Positions 7,181 through 13,033 of a stretch of DNA of 64,000 nucleotides are shown here, in pieces (positions within the stretch are counted from its first letter, which is position 1; the number at the start of each line of letters is the position of its first letter). The notes under the pieces are model-generated. The model worked only from the letters and a program-made list of their open reading frames with translations, had not been told where the DNA came from and ran no database searches. A program made the translations under genes and the position numbers. This DNA is from a virus. The stretch lies in IMG/VR virus record IMGVR_UViG_3300027809_000002. One strand, 5' to 3'.

Positions 7181-7877
7181 TGATGTAAAATTGCTAATAG
7201 ATGAAGTGGACAAAAACAGAACATTCGCTGATAAAATTAAAGCTGCAAGAAAACTAAAAAAAGATAATAAAGAAGATGAATTGATTGTAAAAGCTGTTGA
7301 CCACTACTTAGATTCGATTAGAGTCTATGTGGTTGGCTTGCTTGAACGAATTAAAGAAAGTGATGATGAAGCTTGGAATGAGTTTTCTGACCTTCCTGAC
7401 ATCCGCAACTTCATTCATTACTACACACATAATATCGGTGAGTTTTACAAATTTAGATACTCAATGGACGTTATCTTGCATGAAGTGAAGTGGCAAATGT
7501 TCTATCACATCAAAAAGAATTATCGACCATATGATGACACCGATGAAATTAGTTTGCTGATCCATAGTATGCGTAGCTGGATTAAATTTAAAGTAGGAAA
7601 GGCCATTAGTCAGGTTTACAAGCCGAAAAATCCTGAAGAAGAGTTCTTACCTAATATTGAAATCATTGATGATGGTTACGATGAAACTAAGGGCGAAATG
7701 TTAGAAATAGCAAAGAATCTTTTAGATGACCAATGTTATCAAGTTCTTTGTTACAAGATAATTGATGACCACAACTTAACTAAGATTGGAAAGTTGATGG
7801 GATTTTCAGTTGATACAGCAAAACGTAGATATGAAAAGGCTATAGGTGTTATGAAAGAGTATTACGAACAGAATTAA
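7161..7877 (+). CDS. putative phage sigma-like factor
   Basis: C-terminal LTKIGKLMGFSVDTAKRRYEKAIGVMKEY resembles the sigma-70 region 4.2 HTH. The start may be 7167. Confidence 0.45.
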   Translation: MVMTKINDVKLLIDEVDKNRTFADKIKAARKLKKDNKEDELIVKAVDHYLDSIRVYVVGLLERIKESDDEAWNEFSDLPDIRNFIHYYTHNIGEFYKFRYSMDVILHEVKWQMFYHIKKNYRPYDDTDEISLLIHSMRSWIKFKVGKAISQVYKPKNPEEEFLPNIEIIDDGYDETKGEMLEIAKNLLDDQCYQVLCYKIIDDHNLTKIGKLMGFSVDTAKRRYEKAIGVMKEYYEQN

Positions 7878-7878
7878 C

Positions 7879-7907
7879 TTTACGTAAAAATTAAGTTATG
7901 TTAGGAT
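7879..7907 (+). promoter_or_regulatory. sigma-A-like promoter (extended -10)
   Basis: TTTACG, 17 nt spacer, TGtTAGGAT. Confidence 0.5.
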
Positions 7908-7937
7908 TAAATTATAAAATACTTGGAGGTTTTACCA

Positions 7938-8528
7938 ATGACAAAGACAATTAATTTGAAAGAACTATTTGATATCCAAAAAACTTTAGATGCTTACATT
8001 GCTGAAAAACGCGGTTTAATTTTAACTGAACGTACCTCTTTAATGAAACGTTTCTTCGCTGGTATCGTTGAATTTACAGAATGTGCTAACGATCATCAAG
8101 AGTCATTCAAGGATTGGAAACCGGATAATAAACCTAAATCGACTACTTTAGAAGAGTATGTTGATGGATTGCATTTCATTTTATCAAGTGGAAATAACTT
8201 GGCTGCTGCTAAATTAATTCCTGATCCATCTGATGACGATTTCTTACCAATCGTACTTGAGTTTGGAGAAGGTACAGGTAAAGATGAAATGGTAATGTCT
8301 TACTTCACAAACGCAATTGCATTAGAACTTGAGTTATACGGTGGCTTACAACAATCAATGCATGATTACCTTTCTGAAGATTATCACGCTTTAGTTTGCA
8401 CATACTTAGGACTTGCTAACCAAATTGGTTTCTCACCTGAAGAAATTAAAGCTGCATACCTTGAAAAGAACAAGGAAAACTTCGCACGACAAAATGGAGA
8501 ATCAACAAAAGAAGGATATGAAGCTTAA
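7938..8528 (+). CDS. dimeric dUTPase-like / all-alpha NTP pyrophosphohydrolase
   Basis: GGAGGT RBS. The N-terminal LKELFDIQKTLDAYI pattern and the length recall the dUTPase_2 family. From memory, not searched. Confidence 0.45.
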   Translation: MTKTINLKELFDIQKTLDAYIAEKRGLILTERTSLMKRFFAGIVEFTECANDHQESFKDWKPDNKPKSTTLEEYVDGLHFILSSGNNLAAAKLIPDPSDDDFLPIVLEFGEGTGKDEMVMSYFTNAIALELELYGGLQQSMHDYLSEDYHALVCTYLGLANQIGFSPEEIKAAYLEKNKENFARQNGESTKEGYEA

Positions 8529-8534
8529 TTAACG

Positions 8535-8545
8535 TCTACCTCCTT
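8535..8545 (+). promoter_or_regulatory. anti-RBS element TCTACCTCCTT
   Basis: Perfect 11-nt complement of AAGGAGGTAGA at 8640-8650, which is the RBS of gene 8657. Confidence 0.5.
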
Positions 8546-8561
8546 TTCCAGTAATTCACTA

Positions 8562-8591
8562 TTGATTAACTTCAATGATAAATGTTATAAA
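8562..8591 (+). promoter_or_regulatory. sigma-A-like promoter (extended -10)
   Basis: TTGATT, 18 nt spacer, TGtTATAAA. Confidence 0.55.
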
Positions 8592-8656
8592 TTAATTATA
8601 GCTAGTATCATTTGAGGTTAAAGTGAATATACTGTAAACAAGGAGGTAGATTTTTT

Positions 8657-9238
8657 ATGACTAAATCAAAAATTAAATATGGCGATTGGGAAAATGATGA
8701 TCTGTTACTTGCTGAAACGGTTTTACGGTATGTTAGGAATGGGGATGTTATAAATGATGCGTGTAAGGAAGTTGAGGAAAAATTAAATTACACAAGAACG
8801 TTCACAACGTTAAAACATAGATGGTTCACTGTATTGAAACAACAGTATGAACACGCGTTTAACTTAGCTCTTAAAGAAGGTAAAAAGAAAAAGAAAAAAA
8901 GATATAGACAATCTCAAAATCCAAATCCTGATGAAATAGGGATCAATGATGTATTAAAGGTTGTTAAAGCATACAGTGAAAAGGTAAGTAGAGAAGACGA
9001 AGACAGAAAACGTAACGAAGAACTTAAAAAAGAGAATCAGGCCATAAAGAATAAATTAAATAAAATCAATGAAGAGTTAGAAGTTATTTCGGATTTACTT
9101 CAACATGAAAAAGCTAAAAATAATGATTTAATTAAAACGATACAAACTTTAAAGTCCATAGGATTTAATTTAGATACAGATTCAGGGAAGAGATATAAAG
9201 TAGATAAACAAGGGGTTGTAGAAGTACCTGCTCGTTAA
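8657..9238 (+). CDS. RsfA-family (Myb/SANT-like) transcriptional regulator with a coiled-coil tail
   Basis: WENDDLLLAETVLRYVRNG...RT...HRW...LKQQY closely follows the B. subtilis RsfA signature as I remember it. Confidence 0.65.
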   Translation: MTKSKIKYGDWENDDLLLAETVLRYVRNGDVINDACKEVEEKLNYTRTFTTLKHRWFTVLKQQYEHAFNLALKEGKKKKKKRYRQSQNPNPDEIGINDVLKVVKAYSEKVSREDEDRKRNEELKKENQAIKNKLNKINEELEVISDLLQHEKAKNNDLIKTIQTLKSIGFNLDTDSGKRYKVDKQGVVEVPAR

Positions 9239-9257
9239 GAGTTGGGTACTTTTTTTA
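9223..9257 (+). terminator. intrinsic terminator
   Basis: Stem AGTACC/GGTACT followed by a T7 run. Confidence 0.65.
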
Positions 9258-9269
9258 TACATAATTATT

Positions 9270-9299
9270 TTGACTTTTTAGTGAATAAAATGGTATATT
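9270..9299 (+). promoter_or_regulatory. sigma-A-like promoter (extended -10)
   Basis: TTGACT, 18 nt spacer, TGgTATATT. Confidence 0.6.
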
Positions 9300-9332
9300 T
9301 TACACAAGAACTTACGTTTGGAGGATGAAGAA

Positions 9333-9509
9333 ATGTTTCTATTTTGGTTATTTATTTATTTATTGATTGGGGTTATTGTTGCCTTTAAAACTCAAGTTTA
9401 TTCTAAAGTATCATTCGTTTTACTTACGATATTATGGTTGCCAATGTTTATTGTTGGACTAGCTATTATTGCGCTAATGATTTACGAAGAAAGAAAGGGG
9501 CGTATGTAA
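9333..9509 (+). CDS. small two-TM membrane protein
   Basis: GGAGGA RBS 7 nt upstream. Paralogue of the next gene. Confidence 0.5.
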   Translation: MFLFWLFIYLLIGVIVAFKTQVYSKVSFVLLTILWLPMFIVGLAIIALMIYEERKGRM

Positions 9510-9706
9510 TGTTAGCTGCTGTTTTATTTTACTTATTAATAGGATTGCTTGCTTCTATAGAAATAGGTTTCGATAATTGGTTAGGTTATATATTATTCGC
9601 TTTATTATGGTGTCCACTTATGATTTTAGGATTGTTCGCATTAGGTATGGAAGCTTATGAAGATTTTAAATATAAAAGAAAAGGTGATAAAAATGAAAAA
9701 AGTTAA
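9509..9706 (+). CDS. small two-TM membrane protein (paralogue)
   Basis: TAATG coupling to the upstream gene. Shares YLLIG...LLW.P(M/L).I(V/L)GL with it. Confidence 0.5.
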   Translation: MLAAVLFYLLIGLLASIEIGFDNWLGYILFALLWCPLMILGLFALGMEAYEDFKYKRKGDKNEKS

Positions 9707-9953
9707 ATTGCAGCGTGAAGAAAAATTTAAAGCAAGTCTTCGTTCGTGGGGAGATTTCGACAACAGACCTATGATCCGTGACCGTGAACATGTGCTGGAA
9801 GATGAACGCGATTATATGATGAAAGCTGAACGTATCAGAAAAGAAAAAGAACGAATTGCAAAAGTTACAGGTGACGATCCAAAAAACATCCATTTACACG
9901 ATAATTGGGGTAATTCTGAGGTATATGATTTCGCGAACCGCCCTCTCCAATAG
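9693..9953 (+). CDS. hypothetical basic protein
   Basis: AAAGGTGA RBS. Confidence 0.45.
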   Translation: MKKVKLQREEKFKASLRSWGDFDNRPMIRDREHVLEDERDYMMKAERIRKEKERIAKVTGDDPKNIHLHDNWGNSEVYDFANRPLQ

Positions 9954-10062
9954 GACAGTCAGAAGTTAAAGTTAATAATTTGTCGAAAAGTATTTTCAAG
10001 CGATAAAGCCTATTCTATTGGGAAGGGATAGCATTTGGAAATAATTACATGAGTCAAAAAGC

Positions 10063-10092
10063 TTGACAAGCATAAAGTATGCCGTATATAAT
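10063..10092 (+). promoter_or_regulatory. consensus sigma-A promoter
   Basis: TTGACA, 18 nt spacer, TATAAT. Confidence 0.7.
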
Positions 10093-10184
10093 TTAATTAT
10101 AGACTACACGAGTTAAGTTATAGTTTAAAGTTAATATATAATTTGTATTTATTTTAACTCTTATTAAATATTGGAGGTTATAAT

Positions 10185-10451
10185 ATGATTATAGAAATTG
10201 ATAAAAATAATATTTACCCTGCCGCTGAAGAGGTACAAAAGAATCTTCTCAAGAAAGCAATAATTAAAAGGACTGTACCTGAGTGGGGAGGAACTACAAA
10301 GCAAGTTTCTGAAGAAGCTAGGCCTTTGCATTTTAAATATAAAAGTGGAACTGAACTTAGTGGACAACCAGTGTTACAAGTTGTTGTTTTAGGAGTTACA
10401 GCAAGAGAATTTGATTTTAAAGATTTAGATTCATTTGAATTCCAAAGCTAA
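10185..10451 (+). CDS. hypothetical protein
   Basis: TGGAGGT RBS. Confidence 0.5.
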   Translation: MIIEIDKNNIYPAAEEVQKNLLKKAIIKRTVPEWGGTTKQVSEEARPLHFKYKSGTELSGQPVLQVVVLGVTAREFDFKDLDSFEFQS

Positions 10452-10473
10452 ACTATAACTTTAGCAAATGTTG

Positions 10474-10502
10474 TTGACAAGTTAATTAATAACTGTTAAG
10501 AT
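10474..10502 (+). promoter_or_regulatory. sigma-A-like promoter of the tRNA/ncRNA unit
   Basis: TTGACA at 10474-10479, 17 nt spacer, TGtTAAGAT with the -10 at 10497-10502. Confidence 0.6.
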
Positions 10503-10568
10503 TAACTTATAAACGTTACACATACGTTTCGCCATATGTTTTCTCTCTTTCATATCTTGGATCAGATT

Positions 10569-10602
10569 TTCTGTACTAGTTACGCGTAAGGCTGGTACAG
10601 AA
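10569..10602 (+). ncRNA. leader hairpin / near-palindrome upstream of tRNA-Asp
   Basis: 11-bp stem TTCTGTACTAG/CTGGTACAGAA. The loop contains the palindrome TTACGCGTAA. Confidence 0.6.
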
Positions 10603-10606
10603 TCAT

Positions 10607-10677
10607 GGGGAATTAGTTTAGTGGTAAAATACACGGCTGTCTACCGTGAGTCAGGGGTTCAACTCCCCTATTCCTCG
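10607..10677 (+). tRNA. tRNA-Asp (anticodon GTC), no encoded CCA
   Basis: Hand-folded cloverleaf: acceptor GGGGAAT/ATTCCTC, D stem GTTT/AAAT, anticodon stem CACGG/CCGTG, loop CTGTCTA, T arm AGGGG-TTCAACT-CCCCT. Position 37 is a pyrimidine, which is unusual. Confidence 0.8.
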
Positions 10678-10687
10678 TTTATAACAT

Positions 10688-10761
10688 GGCGTTTGTAGCA
10701 TTGTTGGGAATGCAACCTAAGAGTCCCTTAGGTAGAAGGTGTTCGACTCACCCTTACGTCA
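10688..10761 (+). ncRNA. aberrant tRNA-like element / possible tRNA pseudogene (74 nt)
   Basis: T arm (A)GGTG-TTCGACT-CACC(C). Acceptor has 5 of 7 pairs. D loop contains GG. The anticodon arm is either a 7-bp stem ACCTAAG/CTTAGGT with a 5-nt loop, or a 5-bp stem with loop GAGTCCC (GTC present, but A at 33 and C at 37). Confidence 0.5.
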
Positions 10762-11309
10762 CCGAAACTATAAAACTTTAGTCATGTTGAAGTGGTTTAG
10801 GCGAAACCCTAAACAAAGCATATCCGTCCTACTGCGATATAAAAAGAAGGCTAACATGATGTCGTGACTGGTTCGGCGACATTAAAAGATAAACGACAGA
10901 CAGACTTCCTGTATGCGATCTCCATGTTCAAAGGATCGAACATACGAAAACTTTACATCAACTACAGTGAATGAGGTTTGGACATGGTTTCAATCACTGG
11001 TTGATTCAACGGTTAAAGTTAAAGGTTAAAGAACCGTGTGACCCTAGTATAAATGGTATATTAAAATGCGAACGCTGTTTATACGTTAAAACTTTCTACA
11101 ACGTTAGTCGCATACGGTATGTAGAAGTCGCATTAAGTTGAAAGGTTATGAGTGCGACAAAACAAATTAAAAGAACCATCCCTACACAAGATAAGTTCTT
11201 TTATTGGGACGTAAGCGCCCGTTAAACTTAGGAACATATGAGTCCTGAAAAAAAGAAACGCGTATAAAATTCTCGTTTGTTTTCGTTGAGCCGCTTAATC
11301 GCGGCAATA

Positions 11310-11432
11310 TGGGTTGTAGTTTAAGAAGGAAAAACATTATAAATGCGTTTGAGACGATGAAGCATACTAGTCAAAGCGAAAAGTCGTTGATGCGTTTATA
11401 AAAAAGTTAGGTTCGACCCCTGACCAACCCAC
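11310..11432 (+). ncRNA. 123-nt tRNA-like RNA with a long hairpin in place of the anticodon arm
   Basis: Acceptor TGGGTTG/CAACCCA. D arm GTTT-AAGAAGGA-AAAC. T arm (G)TTAGG-TTCGACC-CCTGA(C). Between them, a 13-bp stem TTATAAATGCGTT/GATGCGTTTATAA, a 6-bp stem, and a terminal loop of about 24 nt. Confidence 0.5.
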
Positions 11433-11437
11433 CGCAT

Positions 11438-11503
11438 GCAGGATTATGGTATTGCAGTTACTTCAGCTGAAACTGTAAGGTGGTTCGACTCCACTATCCT
11501 GCT
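11438..11503 (+). ncRNA. 66-nt tRNA-like element lacking a D arm
   Basis: Perfect acceptor GCAGGAT/ATCCTGC. T arm GGTGG-TTCGACT-CCACT. Only 10 nt where the D arm should be. Anticodon-like arm GTTAC-TTCAGCT-GAAAC (CAG, one A-A mismatch), which includes the palindrome TCAGCTGA. Confidence 0.5.
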
Positions 11504-11602
11504 ACTATCATGGTGTGAAAACACCTCCTACCCCCTTAGGAATATAGGTTAATTTGTTTTTCATAGTTATAAATTTTCCTTTCTAGTTGTTTATCAAAGA
11601 AG

Positions 11603-11632
11603 GCATCGGCTTAATCGCTGGTGCTTTTTTTG
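11603..11632 (+). terminator. intrinsic terminator ending the ncRNA unit
   Basis: Stem GCATCGGC/GCTGGTGC, loop TTAATC, then a T7 run. Confidence 0.75.
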
Positions 11633-11675
11633 TTGTAAAATTTGGTATTAATGGTTTCCGAAAGGATGTGATCGA

Positions 11676-12089
11676 ATGGCTGAAGTTACAAATAAAATTA
11701 AAACAAATTTAGAAAAGTCTCCAAATGGACAGGAATTGTTAGTTGTAGAAGATGTTAATGGCGTTAAAGCCGTACCGATGGTATTAGTTACTATTGATGA
11801 AAACGGAAAGTATTCTTACGCTGGATCATTAGGTGGAGGTGGTGGCTTAACAGCTGAACAAGTTAATCAAATGTTAGCTGGATATTCTAAAACTGACCAT
11901 AACCACGATTCCGTTTATGCTAAAACATCAACTTTAAGTAATTACGCTACAACAACTCAATTAAACACGAAATTAACTGCAAACAAAATGACTAGCATTC
12001 CTAATAGTGCTGCTACTGATGTAGCTGGTGTTGTTGCCGATTTAAACAAATTATTAGCTGGTTTAAAAGCTGCTGGAATCATGTCGTAA
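11676..12089 (+). CDS. putative virion fibre/decoration-like protein (137 aa)
   Basis: AAAGGATGTGA RBS. G5 linker, then a TDHNHD..Y motif and a C-terminal ADLNKLLAGLKAAGIM helix of the kind seen at fibre or head-fibre ends. A monocistronic unit flanked by two terminators. Confidence 0.35.
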   Translation: MAEVTNKIKTNLEKSPNGQELLVVEDVNGVKAVPMVLVTIDENGKYSYAGSLGGGGGLTAEQVNQMLAGYSKTDHNHDSVYAKTSTLSNYATTTQLNTKLTANKMTSIPNSAATDVAGVVADLNKLLAGLKAAGIMS

Positions 12090-12093
12090 AAGG

Positions 12094-12117
12094 GATCGCT
12101 TCGGCGGTCTTTTTTTA
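12094..12117 (+). terminator. intrinsic terminator
   Basis: Stem GATCGC/GCGGTC, TTCG loop, T7 run. Confidence 0.8.
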
Positions 12118-12130
12118 TTTTCTTATTCAA

Positions 12131-12150
12131 GTAATATTGGTTTATAGAAA
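12131..12150 (+). promoter_or_regulatory. conserved 20-mer GTAATATTGGTTTATAGAAA (candidate late promoter)
   Basis: Near-identical copy GTAATACTGTTTTATAGAAA at 14733-14752. Related GTATTAATGTTTTAGAA at 33484-33500. Each lies just upstream of an RBS. Confidence 0.5.
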
Positions 12151-12169
12151 AGTAAGGATGGTGAATAAA

Positions 12170-13033
12170 ATGTCTGAAGTAAAACAGTATTTAACTAAAG
12201 ATGGTCATGTATTCGAAAGTTTAGTTGAGTTAGGTGGAGCTAATCCGAAAGAATATGATTTAAAGTTATTGCAAGCTGCTGAAGCAAGGGTTATTAAAGG
12301 TACTAACAAAACTCTTCGTACAGCTTTAAATAGTTTAGCTGGCTTCAAAAATATGAAGAACGATGGAGTTAAAGTTAAGGAAGTTAAAGATGCTGAATTC
12401 GATGAATACGGATTAAGTGACTCCTTCTATACAGAACAACAAATGGGTACAATTCGTAGAGCTATTGACCGTTACCATGAAGGTTATGATATAGCGACAC
12501 CTTTCCAAGAAAACGGCGTAATACAGCTTGCTAAGTACGAATTAATGATGAACGAACTTGGAGCTAAAATAGCCCAACATCCAACTAAAGATGATATAGC
12601 AAGTTTGAAAATGATTCAGGATTTACATGCAAAACTAAACAACGATATGAAGTTTACAACAAGACAATCTGTTGGTGACGCTAATTCTGAAGATATGTTT
12701 ACAAATGCTGTAGTTGAATATGAGAAGCGATTTAAGGAAGAATACTTTGCATTTGAGCATATTGAAGACCGCGATGCTATGCAAGATATTCTAATTAAGT
12801 TTGCGGATCGTGTAGTTGATTTTATGAAAGAATCTCCTACTTATTATCATTTCAAAAAGAAAATGTCTGATGAATTAGATTTAAAACCAAAAGATTTAGA
12901 TTTAATTGGCCGCTTTACTATTGAAGAATTTTACGACTTCCTTCAAATAAATGCTGACAGAAAGATGATTCAAGAAAAGAATGATTTAACGTTTGATGAT
13001 AGCTTTAAAGATAGAGGTGAGGACAATGAGTAA
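12170..13033 (+). CDS. putative terminase small subunit
   Basis: Assigned by position only, immediately upstream of and overlapping the large terminase. AAGGATGGTG RBS. Confidence 0.35.
   Translation: MSEVKQYLTKDGHVFESLVELGGANPKEYDLKLLQAAEARVIKGTNKTLRTALNSLAGFKNMKNDGVKVKEVKDAEFDEYGLSDSFYTEQQMGTIRRAIDRYHEGYDIATPFQENGVIQLAKYELMMNELGAKIAQHPTKDDIASLKMIQDLHAKLNNDMKFTTRQSVGDANSEDMFTNAVVEYEKRFKEEYFAFEHIEDRDAMQDILIKFADRVVDFMKESPTYYHFKKKMSDELDLKPKDLDLIGRFTIEEFYDFLQINADRKMIQEKNDLTFDDSFKDRGEDNE

Noticed and set aside
3438-10367. Minus-strand ORFs in the early block (3438..3623, 3611..3883, 4838..5041, 5865..6137, 6176..6367, 9666..9893, 10164..10367)
   Set aside because: The whole block is transcribed rightward, as shown by its promoters, terminators and RBSs. 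These ORFs are antisense to RBS-supported genes and are F/S/I/L-rich.
10971-11144. A 57-codon ORF (MRFGHGFNHWLIQRLKLKVKEPCD...) inside the ncRNA region
   Set aside because: It has no RBS and it reads straight through several strong hairpins and the GTTAAAG repeats. It is most likely a chance ORF in structured RNA.
11310-11432. tmRNA, intron-containing tRNA or long-variable-arm tRNA as explanations for tRNA-like element 3
   Set aside because: It has no G3-U70 alanine identity pair and no resume codon or tag ORF; GCA TAC TAG stops after two codons. At 123 nt it is far shorter than a tmRNA. The insert is too short and lacks the conserved cores of a group I intron. The extra hairpin replaces the anticodon arm rather than sitting in the variable-arm position.
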